Notes: generated by a model from the letters alone, not told the origin. A DNA stretch of 64,000 bases from Marsupella aquatica (GCA_973895155.1 OZ316891.1:2409324-2473323), one strand, 5' to 3'. Shown: positions 37,501-49,339, counted from the first letter of the stretch. Numbers and translations: made by a program.

Positions 37501-40110
37501 AAGCCAGGGGTATGCCCTATGCACGTCATCTAGGAGAGCAGATGATATGTGGATTCTTGATTGTGCTTGCTCTTTTCACATTTGTTACATTCGTGAGTTT
37601 TTCAGTTCTTACTCTATTTCAAACGGTTCAGTTTTGATGGGAAATGATCACTCCTGTCAAATTGAGGGTATTGGGTCTGTGAAGATTCAAATGTTTGATG
37701 GCGCTGTGCGCACAGTGTCCAGAGCCACGTATGTACCTGGCACGCGTAAGAATCTGATTTCACTCGGTGTGTTAGATTCAAATGGTCATCAATGGAGCGT
37801 TATTGATGGTGAACTTCAAGTCAGGTCGGGAGAGACAGTGATTTTGAAGGGGAGCAGACAAAAGAATATGTATGTGTTGCAGGACAATACTATATGTGGA
37901 GAAGCCAATGTAACCAAGTCTCACGGGGAAATGACTCAACTGTGGCATTCACGTCTAGGCCACATGAGTGAGAAGGGTTTGGCTATCTTACGGAAGAATG
38001 GACTCATTTATGATTTGCAATCTTGTAAATTAGAGTTCTGTGAGCATTGTATTCTTGGAAAGCAACATCGTCGTGCTTTCGGTGTTGGAACTCATCGTTC
38101 CAAAATGGTTCTTGAGTACATACATAGTGACGTGTGGGGTCCATTCCCAAGTCCCTCACACTCTGGAAAATTGTACTATGTATCATTTATTGATGATTAT
38201 TCAAGATTTGTGTGGATTTATTTCATGACACATAAGTCTGATGTCTTGTCCATTTTAAGAAGTGGAAGGCCCAGGTGGAGAATCAGACTGGAAACACGAT
38301 CAAGTGTTTGGATACAAGGGTGAAGAGTCTGAGGTCAGACAACGGTGGGGAGTACACTTCAATGGAATTTGAAGAGTACTATTCAGAATAGGGGATAACT
38401 TGCCATCTCACCACAGTTTATACTCCGTAGCAGAATGGTGTCGTTGAGAGGCTCAATCAGACACTGTTGGAGCGGTCACAGAGTATGTTGAGCCAATCAG
38501 GTTTACCATAAGAATTTTGGACAGAAGCTGTCAATACCACAACTTATTTGGTAAATCTTTCTTCTTCTAGTGCTATCAATTTCAAAACGTTGTTTGAGAT
38601 GCGCTATAAGCGGCAAGCAGATTATCATGGCTTGGTAGTTTTTCAAAATGATGCATATGCTCTCACACCAAAGCAGAATAGGACCAAGTTGGATCCTACC
38701 TCCAAGAAATGTATTTTTCTTGGGTACCAGAGTGGTGTGAAAGCCTATAGGCTATGGGATCCTATTGCCTGTAAGCTCGTTGTCAGTAGAGATGTTTCCT
38801 TCAATGAATCCAGATTATTGAAGGAGGGGGAGTATACTCAGGTCTCCTGTACTGACAAAAGAAAATCTCTATCCCGGATCTTGTTGAGGGGGAGATTGGT
38901 CATGAGGCGCATGACCGGAGAGAAGGAGTTGCTCCAATTATGGAGTTGGTTCCTATGCCAGAGGAACCAGAGGAGTTTGTTGATGCTGGTGAGCAGCAAG
39001 TGGATGCTGTTGAGCTTCAAATTATACCAGCACACGCAGATCAACCGGAGTTATCGGCTAGAAGAGCATCTGGTCGCACTGTACGCGCTCCACCAAGGTA
39101 TGGACAGTGGGTTGATTCATCTCAGTTGCAAGAGGAGGATTTTGTTACTGACAATGAGGGTGATGCGTTGATTTTGGAAGAAGGTGAACCTTCTTCATTT
39201 CATGAAGCAAGTGCTTCAAAGGAGAAGCACGAGTGGACTGCAGCAATGCAAACGGAGATGCAGTCACTGAAGGACAACAAAACTTGGGAGCTTGTCAAGC
39301 TGCCTGAGGGACAACAAGTGGTGGACAACAAACAAGCTGGAGGATCAGTCCACAAGAGGTGGATCGAAGGTCTACAAGGCTAGGTTGGTAGCCAAGGGAT
39401 TCACACAGGAAAAAGGTGTGGATTACAATGAGGTCTTCTCACCAGTTGTTAAGTACTCAACAATTGGTATCAGAGCATGCCTAGGAGGTGACAAGGTTTT
39501 TTCGTGATGGTTTTCCAGCGTTCAATATCGGTGTTGCATTTGGAGTTTCATCACATGAAACTTGAATGTGTGTGGCTGAGCGGATAGATTAGTGAGAGGG
39601 CTTTCTATCGGTGTATAGAACTCACTGGTTGGTATCCGTGGTGCGGAGGAATTGGAGTTTGCGTTGTTCTGGATTTATTCGTGTTTGACAGTTTTTCGGG
39701 GGAGAAACCAGAGCTCTGATACCAATTGTTGAGCATAGACGACGATCGCAACGGCAAGCCCATGAACCATCCAAGGCACAATAGTCGACACAGAGAGATA
39801 CGTGGTTCACCTCCACATGAGACTACGTCCACGGGAACACACATGAGCTTTACTGCACTCTAGGCCGACCAGCCATACCAAACATCCACAACGCAAGCTC
39901 TCTCTATCTCTCCACTAGCTCCGTAACAATGAGCCTGAGTTCCAACTTTCTAAGCAAACACCGCTTGGTTATAGAGTGTGCACAGCATGACTAACCTAAC
40001 CAATTCTACAACTAAGGTTAGCCTTAACTACGGTAAAGTCGTGACTCTAGACCTAAGAGTAAATCCTAACAAAGAGACAATTCATCCTACCGGATGACTG
40101 CTTAGAACAT
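34598..40110 (+). mobile_element. Degenerate Bianca-lineage Ty1/copia element, internally deleted and interrupted by a nested element at 36521-40071
   Basis: gag MANLEKL*FLALALDSSNYLVW and QDFTSIASYNNNLFRITSTLALCGE..LEKTLSTFH; protease CIIDSGTTHSIL; post-integrase PNLSHLRSFGC..TKMGPQRQLGIYIGFDSPSIIRYLEP..FKARFLDCHFD; NEEISIHYIHTGEM continues past the insertion as RQFILPDD. Confidence 0.88.
36521..40071. mobile_element. Tnt1/Tork-like Ty1/copia element with intact termini and TSD but rearranged interior (LTRs on -, most of gag-pol on +)
   Basis: TSD aagag at 36516-36520 and 40072-40076; full LTR 39727-40071 and partial LTR 36521-36720; tRNA-iMet PBS TGGTATCAGAGC at 39724-39713 (-) and 39465-39476 (+). 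Plus strand encodes gag (LLSSLPPSY, CWKCNQVGHFKR), PR (WILDCACSFH), GAG-pre-integrase (LWHSRLGHMSE, CEHC), IN (HSDVWG, SDNGGEY, SKKCIFLGY) and the RT start (YKARLVAKGFTQEKGVDYNEVFSPVVK), with stops and frameshifts. Confidence 0.93.
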
Positions 40111-40479
40111 AAATCAGTTCTATCATTCTCTCACTCTAACACAAAATTTTACTTTCTCTTTATTTGCACATGCTACATTCGTAGATTATAGTAGTTGTAC
40201 TTAACTTACATTAGCATCAGACATCTGGAATTTCCAAATTGTATCTAAAGGCAAGGGTTTGAGAATGAATTTTAGAAATTGTGGCTAAGGCAAGAGTTTG
40301 AAAGTTTACTCTTTTTTGCGGTTTTCCTCATAATTTGTGTTTACTTTATATTTGAATGAATGAATTTGTAGCTACCCTACAATAAGGAAAAAAAAGCCCT
40401 GATGGACCAGGGGGTTTGCTACAAAGCCCACATAAAGTTCCAAAGTTGGGATAGATTGACAAAGAACATATGAAAATAC

Positions 40480-40572
40480 CGGGATAACATTTTCACAATT
40501 TTGTCTAAAATGTGACCTGTAAACACTGGGATAACATTTTCGCAATTTTGTCCGAAATGTCACCTGTAAACA
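40480..40572. repeat. 47-bp tandem duplication
   Basis: gggataacattttc(a/g)caattttgtc..aaatgt(g/c)acctgtaaaca twice. Confidence 0.88.
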
Positions 40573-40679
40573 AGGAAGTTACCCTTTGCAGCCTATTTCA
40601 GTAACTCTGCCTGGGCATCCATAGCATCAGGCAGTAGTGGTCAAACAGGATTTTTTTTGCCTGTAATCCAAAAAATCAC

Positions 40680-40848
40680 TTTTTTACTTCACAAGCTATT
40701 GCTCCCCTTGCTTGCATCCTTCTTCACCAAAAACTGGTTTTCTTCACAACTCAGGCTGCCCATCTTTTTTCACTTCACAAGCTATTGCTCCCCTTGCTTG
40801 CATCGTCCCTCACCAAAAACAGGTTTTCTTGACAACTCAGGCTGGCCC
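40680..40848. repeat. ~86-bp tandem duplication
   Basis: acttcacaagctattgctccc..ttgcttgcatc..tcaccaaaaac.ggttttctt.acaactcaggctg twice. Confidence 0.88.
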
Positions 40849-40871
40849 TTGGCCTTTTTGTTCTTAGTTTA

Positions 40872-40890
40872 AAACCCTAAACCCTAACCC
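40872..40890 (+). promoter_or_regulatory. Short plant telomere-type tract / telo-box
   Basis: aaaccctaaaccctaaccc at the edge of the repeat block, about 1.3 kb upstream of the RPB12 ATG. Confidence 0.4.
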
Positions 40891-42196
40891 GCCTCCCCCC
40901 CCCAAATAGTGCATTAGGTGGTGACGAATGAAACATAATATTTTAAAATTTCTGTGTGAGTATCATTAGCCTGCATGTTTTTAAGGTAAGTGATTGGCAG
41001 ATTTTTGTACAGAAAACAATGGCTGGTGTGCACGCATGGGAATGCTCTAAGAACTTAGAAGGTCCTTCTGGACTCGTTGTCTACGGTAATGTCATTTACT
41101 AGGGCGTCTTTAAACTTGCCCTCTCACATCTTTTTCCGTCCAGGACCTAGACCAAAATCCAACTTGCGGGCCAAATTAAGCCACCGGGTTTCATGCTTGA
41201 AATGGGCTTCAACAGGCTCCCGCGGGTCAGCTGAGCGCCGACAATTTTAGAATGGTTGTTGAAAATTCTTCAAGGTCACAAAAAATTCCTGAAGGGCGTC
41301 AAGACATATTGCTCGAAGCAACTTTAGGTGTGGATGGCTTTGCGCCGCCCGAGTTACTGACTCTCATCTTTTGCATGAATCACATAGTTTTGGTTCTTGA
41401 CCGGGCCCCAACATTTGGTCATCCAACATTTGGTCATGTTCAAGAAATGAGCTAGCTTGAAACGCCCTATTGTTTTGTTTTAGTAATGCCGGTGACTCTG
41501 GTACAGTGCAGTTGAGTCTACTGGACTGTAGTACAGTTTAGTTGAGTCTGCTACTGCAGTCCCGTGTGGTTACCACGCAGTGTCCCTTGCTTACAAACGG
41601 GCTGCCTCGAATTGAGTTCAGTCTTGCCGATTCTTTTGCAAGCGATTCAACTTCGTAATCTCTAATCGCAATTCGCTCTGGCGCGGAGCTTTGAATTACT
41701 CTACGGCTCTGCAGCAGAAGAGAAGATTTTCGTACTTGCGAGATTCGAGAAGACCCACTTTCTGTATTGGAGATTTGTTGGTGCTCGGTTGTGGTGACCG
41801 TTCTATTTCGGCGAAGTGAGTCCGGACTTTTGTGAGTGATTCGAGCTGGGACACAGATTACGTTATTTGATTTGCCTCTACAGCCTCCAAGAGATTGATG
41901 CTTTGATCGTTTGAGTCGTGTTTTTTCTTTGGGAGGGAACCGAGTTGATTGAGAGTTTGCTGTGAAACCTACTGATGGAGAAATCTGTTGTACTTTCTTA
42001 AAGTCTTCGTTACTCTCTTGGATGCACATCAGACTACAGTACCCTAAAATTCTGGCCAAGTTACTGAGCCTTCAGAAAGGTTTTAGGTTGCGAACCCTGA
42101 AAAAGCTTATGTTTGTTCCGTGCAGAGCTCTCAGAGCAGTGCTTTGAAGAGGGGGCCTACTCCCAAATCTACTTGCTGATTTCGCAAGTTTCCAAC

Positions 42197-42367
42197 ATGG
42201 ATCATGGGGGTGCTCCTCCACCGCCAGAACCTGTCTCTTATCTTTGCGGAGACTGCGGAGCGGATAACACCCTGAAGCCGGGCGATGTCATACAGTGCCG
42301 AGAATGTGGTTATCGAATTCTGTACAAGAAGCGAACCCGGCGCATAGTGCAATTTGAGGCCAGATGA
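42197..42367 (+). CDS. RPB12: DNA-directed RNA polymerase common subunit 12 (zinc ribbon), intronless CDS
   Basis: [56 protein letters not shown]; likely 5' UTR intron gtgagt (~41816) to tgcag (42125). Confidence 0.96.
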   Translation: MDHGGAPPPPEPVSYLCGDCGADNTLKPGDVIQCRECGYRILYKKRTRRIVQFEAR

Positions 42368-43495
42368 TACAAACCTACGGTGGATATGGATGGATTTACG
42401 CAGCTCCGATGTAGGGAGAGCAGGAAGATAAATGGGAAATGTGAAGAAGATGCTTCAGGAAGATAATTTTGGTGAGGATGATGCCTCACAGAGATAATTT
42501 TTGAGGAAGATGAGTTTTGTTTCCGTGGGTCGTCCACACAATTTATGAAGGCATCGAACTTGATAAGACCTTTGGATCAATCGGCTTTATACTTGTGTAA
42601 TTTGCTGGCGATTTCGATAGTTTCAAATTTAGGGTCAAAGTGGACAGGTATAGCCTTTGAGCTTTCTTGAATGAAGCTCTGTCAGTGTATGAGAGGAGAT
42701 AGGCGAGTCAGTTGTGGCAGGTAGTCCGTATTTTGGGGATGAAAATGAGCTCCGCCACTGTCAATCAAGTGAGATGTGGAAACGGAGGACTTGAGTCAGG
42801 GCCCCCTTGAAAGGACTAGAATCTAGCTCATCATGTTTCTGTTACTGGAGAGTCGTCTTGCAGTTGAGTACCCTTTATTTCCTTATCCTAGGCGAGCTTT
42901 GCTGATAAGTTATTAAATCTGTGTAACTTGTATGGACGAAACCTCTGTTTGCATCTCGAGAATATTGGTGACAATGCGTATCCCCCTGCTAGAAACGATG
43001 GATTTATTACGGAAGGCCCAGTAGTGGATACCAAGAATTTAGATTGAGAAACCTCGCGGACGTCCCAACAGAATTGCAACAAAGCACATGCCTAAAAAAT
43101 GTGAAGGGCCACTGTCCGAGAACTCCGTCTGATACGAGCCATTGTACATCTCGTCCTCTTGGACCTCAGTCTCCGCGCTTCTGGAGTACTTCGCTTATAA
43201 ATTACTTGCAATGGTTTTACAGTACTGACGACCCAACCTCAAAGTTTTGACAGTGGCAGCCGCTTGGGTAATTCAGCAGCATCCAAACAACGTCTTAATC
43301 CCAAACCAAAGGCAATTCTACTGGGTTTGGCAAACAATCAAAGCCGTGCCCTGCTGTACCTTGATTCCAAATTTCAACGGGAATTCTACTGGGATACTTC
43401 GGTTTGGCACTCTTTGATATACAAAGCTGAAGTCGGGACGCAGACCTTTCGCACAAGAGTAGAGAATTTTAAAGTAGAAAGTTAACAGGTGACTT

Positions 43496-46400
43496 CTAAG
43501 CTGTCAACACTAGTTGTCCTTCAGAGACTGTTCTCCAGGCAGAAGCAGCATCGTCTACCTCGACTCCTGCAAGCTTACCCGTTTTGGAAGAGATAGCTTT
43601 TATCTTCTCTGCCTGGGGCGGAACAAATAGAGAAGCCTTTTCGGCAGATCCAAATAAAGCCACACTGCAGGATCCAGCGCGAGAGAAAATGCAGTGTCAG
43701 GGAACAGTTTATGAGAATGACAAATCCACTGTACAGAAAACTGCTTCTTCATGAAAGGCGGAAGTGTTATAGTGTTATAGTAAACAGAGGTATTCAACAG
43801 AAATAGATGGCAAGCCTTGTTCTTTTTGTGTTCTTGTTCTTTGTGTTCTGTCTGCTACAAGAACACGAAAAGCTCCTGGACAGCACACAATGAAAACGCC
43901 ATCCATCAAAGCAAATTTAAAGCCAAGAAGAAACCTGGGCTTGTTGAATGCAACCGCCATTAGCATTGCTGCTGTGTTTGTGCTGACTACCCCTGATGAA
44001 TCCCTTATAAGTGATGCAAGCTGGAAGACCAGAAGGAGCAAGTCAGCACGTGAAAGTGTCGTGGCAACTACAGCATAGTTTCTACTCTAAACTCAACTGA
44101 CACTAAGACAACATACCTACTTCGAAATTATCTACCTCTAGGAGGGAACTAACTACAGTTGAGCAAAGAAAAGTCCTTTAACGTTCCAGCTTTTCTTGCA
44201 TTCACATGTGCGTTGCATTATGAAAGAAGCTGGTGTAATCAAAGTACTACGATGACCTGATACATTGCTCTGAGATTGCTCTGATCTCCAACCCTAAGCT
44301 GCCATTCTGACTACAAGGCAAGCAGTTGAGTGGCACGAACCTGGCCTGGCGTCGTAATGAAAATAACAGATACATCTTGGCCGCATGCTTCAAAAACTTT
44401 TTCTCTTTCCTTCTTGTGTGGGATCACAACCACGACCTTCACCCTGCCACCGGCCCACCACCAATCTGACAAGTCAGTATTAAACCATTTGCTTTACAAG
44501 TTGACCAAGAGCCTTCCCTGCAATTTCAAGTTGATTGCAACAATTTCGAAATATTTTGATGGTCATTAGTCTTCGTTCTGTAAGGAGCAGAAAGCCCATA
44601 CCCAGTAGCATCATGAACCTTCGCTTTCAACTGACCCCAAAACTGGAGAGGAAGAAGACTGTCTGTGTCTCCCCGACTTGTCATTGACGCAGCTGAATCT
44701 GATTCAATGCCATGAAACACAACATACTTTCCTTCTGAAAGTCCCGCCTCATTCATCTTCCCTTGCACCACCGATCTAACTCTCTTTGGAACACCCATTT
44801 GCAGAGAAGGGATTGCTTCACGAGGGACACCTTTTGATGGCTGCGCTACATAGTCCATGAGCTCTTCATACCTGACATCAAAATTTACACCTAGAATTGA
44901 ATCTAATTCATATTTTACAATACGAAGCAGAACACGAATGGTAGTTGATGAAAAGAAGCAAATATGCCTAGTGGGCGACTTCTAGTCTTTCAAAGATATT
45001 CGGACCTCGAAGGCTTCGTGAGGTTCAAGTCCGACTTACATGTTATATCCCGCCTCTGCTAAGTTCTCACTGGGAGCTACAAAGTACTCCGTGAGAAATT
45101 TATTTGACACCCATTCACTATGATATTTGGGAACATAGCCAACCCTTCTGGTACGTCCTCCAATCATGACTAGTGTGGCACAATGCTTAAAACCAGCTTG
45201 TGTTGTTGACAATATCAAGTCATAGTACTCACCCTACAAGATGTCAAAAGCAAAGCACACATATGAGCTGTTTGATAGTGGGGTATGAGTGTCTACCGCG
45301 ACCGGATGTATGCACCAAATTTTAGTTCAAGAATGTTTTCTTATAAACCTCAAGAGCAAACGGATCATCATGAAATAGATGCCGGACTCACAACCAGTTT
45401 GTGTATCAGCGTTTTTTTCTTCTGCCGGGGACTTACGTTGCCCCGATTACATGCAAATAGCAGTAGAATTGAGAGCAAACAACAACATTGTCAAAGGAGA
45501 AGCGGCTAGGTTTACTAGCAACAAGTTATTCGAGGTCAATGGGCGGAACGAACAAACGACGAGAAAGCTAAAACGGAAGATCAATTCTCGTCCGTGCCCA
45601 TGGAACACTGGATCCTAGTGCAACACAAATTCGATAAGCATCTCGAGACTTGAGCGGATATTGTCCTCAAAAGCAAATCGTCTGAACCATATGCTCTTGT
45701 GAGCGGGTCCATGGACCACACGCGGAATTTGACCAGATCACAAAATTTCCCGTCGTAAGAGCATTCACAAGAGCAATACATTCTGACAAAGTGAATTAAA
45801 TCGTAAACTCATCCTTGCAGCCCTTAACTTTGAGAAATCCTAACCTCGGTCCAATTTCCAAAAACTTTTCATGAAAAGACAAACCACAGAACGAAAATAA
45901 ACATGCATAATCAAAACCAAACCTTTAATCTCATTCAAGGATGATGGTGAGAAATGCACCTACCCTAAGCTCACCCAGGAATTCAACCAAGTCCGCAGGA
46001 ACAGTCCAATCAGCATCAGTATCGAAGACGATGGCCTTGTTGATGTATTTGTTCATCTCGTGAGCCTGTTTCCCTCTCTCTCCAGCCACCACATCAATCT
46101 TGACACCAGGGTACCTGTTCCTCACCAGTTGTATGGCAGGGAAAAACAGTATGTTCTCGTAGACGCCACCGGCCAACCAAACCAAGCAACGCCTCACATC
46201 ATTCCTAATATATGTCCCCAAATTCGCAATCTCCACGTTGTAGAAGGCGGGAAATTCTAGATAGCCATCGTCATTCTTCATATTTTTGGGCGGCTTGGGG
46301 ATATCCACGCTCTGCTTTCCAGTGGACATGAGCTCCCCATCCTCCAGTTCTTCGTCCTCCCCATAGTCGAACATGTCGTCCAGGGGATTCTTGGGTCTAT

Positions 46401-46632
46401 TGTTGCTCGTGGCTCGAGCAGCAAGACCTCCTCCATCGGAGTGCTGCCTCCTCCCAATATGTCTGTTTGACGTGGCAGTAGGCTGTCGTAAGAGGGAATG
46501 GAGAGACCTTCCACCGATAGCGTTCTGAGAGCCTACTTGACATTTCTGCTCATATAGCTTAGATCCACAGCTGCTAGTGCTGCAAGCGAAGCTGAGAGGA
46601 GGAATTACAGCTCCCACGACCCCCGCTGCCAT
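43496..46632 (-). CDS. PNSB1: Photosynthetic NDH subcomplex B subunit 1 (NDF1/NDH48), chloroplast-targeted
   Basis: 6 exons: 45964-46632, 45040-45233, 44602-44871, 44341-44443, 43935-44020, 43496-43664. Transit-peptide-like N-terminus; GGVYENILFFPAIQL..RYPGVKIDV, HGIESDSAASMTSRGDTDSLLP, TTPGQLASLI.DSSGVVSTNTAA. Confidence 0.93.
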
Positions 46633-47452
46633 AATTCCTCACTCGAGAGGAGGGGACGGGGATACGACACGACAGGACGAGACGAGACAAGAGAGGCGCT
46701 GAAACGACCCACAAAAATTCAAAATCAAGTAGAGATGAGACGGTGCAGATTCTTAAGTTTCGTTCACTTGCTTTCTCGACCGCGATGACCGGGAGCCATT
46801 GCAGAGACTTTTGCAGCAATTCAGCTGTCAAATTCGACGATCACCGAATGCTAGAAACGCCCGTACGCAGACAGTGTTCGTAAAGCAGGGATTTCTTTGG
46901 GCAGCTTGAGAAAATGCTTCGCTGCAAACGAATTGAGCGACCGACACTAAGTCTTTGTAAGTAGAGCTAAGATTGCTGCGCGGAGCTGTGACAAAGTGCT
47001 TGAACCTAGTTGCGAACGAATCGAACTCCAAACGAGCGCTCTCTAAGAGAGAGAGAGATCACGTAAATGAAAGAGAGGTGACAGTGCCAATGCACAGCCG
47101 AGAAGAACATACTCGTTGGGTGCCCCTGATCTTCGTGGGGAGCAATCGCTTCTGACTTCTGTCCACTCACACATACGAGGCTCAGCTCAGCTCAGACGCC
47201 TCGATGTGATGTTATCAGTCTGTCTACTTTTCAGGCTTATTATGGTCTCCCCTTCTCTTTTGTCTTTCTTCGTGTCTGCCCTCTCCATTGGTGGAGGCAG
47301 ATGTGGTGGGGTTACTCAGGGTACAGTATTGTTCGTTCCCTTGGGCCACCATAGATCTATGGGCTTGCTTGGATGAGATTTCTATCCCCTAATTCGAAGG
47401 TCACCAGTGTGTAACCTTTTCTCTTAGGTGCTACCATTTCCATAACCCTCTG

Positions 47453-47614
47453 CTACCGGGTAATCTTTTTTCCGGAGAGGAGTAAATATGATAACCTGTG
47501 CCCGGAAAGTCCTACCCAATAATCTTATTTCCGGACAGGTGTTAAGTACGATAACCTGTGCCCGGAAAGTCCTACCCGCTAATCTTTTTTCCGGACAGGT
47601 GTTAAGTATGATAA
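47453..47614. repeat. 60-bp tandem repeat (~2.7 copies) with an inverted repeat in each unit
   Basis: Unit taatctt.tttccggacaggtgttaagta.gataacctgtgcccggaaagtcctaccc; tttccggacaggt pairs with acctgtgcccggaaa (2-nt bulge). Confidence 0.9.
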
Positions 47615-48034
47615 AGACTGTTTGGACTCGGGGTCCTGTTTCCACAAAGCTCAGAAAAGCTTCTCGGCTGCTGCCGGTCAGCATTTCCTCTCTTTCTGGT
47701 CATGGGGTTACAGGCTAGTAATCCCAGACCAAATAGTCATAAGCCTAATCTACAAATATTTTATGGGATTCCTGGGCTTACACTAGGTTTGTTGATTAAA
47801 ACTAGCTTGTAATGCTTGAGTTTTGCTCATAATTAGAAGATGAGTACCATGGGGTCTGTTTGTAGTTCGACCCCAAGAGTTGTGTCGTGAATATATCATT
47901 GCCTAGAGGCTTCAATAGAGACCCTAGGCCCTCATCCTAGCTTCATTGTACTTTATTAGATAGATGAGAAGAGAGAAACCCTAGCAGGAAACACAAAAAA
48001 AACATTTTAATTACATTGTTTTGTATGGATTTAT

Positions 48035-48337
48035 TGTTAGGCATGTACTCATAGGTTTAGACTTACAACTGTAGCTATAGTTAGGCTAAGTGCAGTCCCA
48101 GCCTAGGTTAGGACCAGTGTTGTGCACTATATACCCAAGGAATGTTTGCTTGTGGAGCAGGAACTCAGGCTCCTTGTTCCAGAGCCACTTGAGAGATAGA
48201 GAGTGCTTAGAATGCAGTAAAAGAAATTTGTGTGTTCATGTGGACATAGTCTTATCGGAAGTCAACGTACCATCTATCTCTCCAGGTTGACTACTTGTTC
48301 ATTGTATGGTCATGTGCATATTTTCTCATAAAGAACA
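48035..48337 (+). mobile_element. Old solo LTR related to the 39727-40071 Copia LTR
   Basis: TGTTAGG...AACA; shares ggaactcaggctc.ttgtt, gagagatagagag.gctt, tgcagtaaa and tgtgtgttc..gtggac.tagtct with the reverse complement of 39727-40071; TSD degenerate (tttat/ttttg). Confidence 0.75.
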
Positions 48338-49099
48338 TTTTGTTGTTGTTGCTACAAAGAGCATAGGGGGGTCATAACCAAGTTCAAAGGTTTGGATAGA
48401 TATGTATCACACTAACAATGCTCAAAAAGTGCCTACATGGGAGATTGGATCCCAAAAGTAGGAGCCCCGATAGAGTGAAACAAGAAAGGAAGACCCAAGT
48501 ATAGGACCAAAGAGCCAAAAAGCCCAAGGATCCCACAACAGCAGCTATATAGATATTTGAGTCCCCCTAATAATCGGACATTCGTTCGTAAACAATTTCT
48601 TGGACTTGACTATTTCTCATTCCAAATCTAAGATGGGTTGACCTTAAACACAGAAGTAAACACAGAAGATGCGTACTATCTAATCAATGCACTAGTAAAT
48701 TTCAGTCCATTCCATTGAGGAATGTGTCGCTAAGTTTTTTCCAATACTTGGATTTGCTTTTGCCAAAAATGATGTTTGCAATTGGTCATTTAGAAACTCT
48801 TCCCCCTTATTTGCATATTTTTTTGATGCGAGCTGGATTTACCATAGCTAGCCCAAACACCCATTCTTTGAACGAGAATAGAGATGAGAACATAAAAGTG
48901 CAACTCGCAAACATTCCCCAGGTTGCCAGCTCCATCATGCAGCCTCGCAATGTCTTGGTTTGTTTGAATGTCAATACTGACCGGTTGTTTGTTCAGCTAA
49001 TTGCATTCAATCCATCTGGTTCACAATCTTCCATTCAGTCTAATTTTTTTTGCATACTCACCCCACTGCTCCCTTGTCAGTTTCCATCCAACCCCAAAT

Positions 49100-49324
49100 T
49101 TTGGTTAGGCGGGGACAGTGTCTCGGTCCATTCCCGGTGGGCCAGTGGCTGTTTTGCTCCCCGCTGTGGCGCTTTGGTGTCTCGTGCGCCTGTCCTCCGG
49201 GTTTCTGTGGCGTGTGTGTGGCCCTTTGGGCTTGTTGTTCTCTGTGCCCCTGGTTTTCGTCACGTTTCCTTTGAATGTCAATGTGCAGGCAGTCGCTCTT
49301 TAAAAAAAAAATTGAAAAAAAAAA
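49100..49324 (+). mobile_element. Probable 5'-truncated LINE/SINE 3' end with poly(A) tail
   Basis: Abrupt GC/T-rich segment ending in aaaaaaaaaattgaaaaaaaaaa (49302-49324). Confidence 0.55.
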
Positions 49325-49339
49325 TGTTAGTGTCCATTT

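Noticed and set aside
40872-40890. Telomerase RNA template (CTAAACCCT)
   Set aside because: No USE/TATA Pol III promoter or other telomerase RNA features nearby; a telo-box or telomeric remnant is simpler.
41538-42059. 173-aa minus-strand ORF
   Set aside because: Antisense to the RPB12 promoter and UTR intron, non-ATG start, no motif.
47453-47614. CRISPR-like array, or RNase P/MRP RNA because of GGAAAGTCC
   Set aside because: Units are contiguous with no unique spacers, the context is eukaryotic with no cas genes, and no other RNase P/MRP conserved regions were seen.
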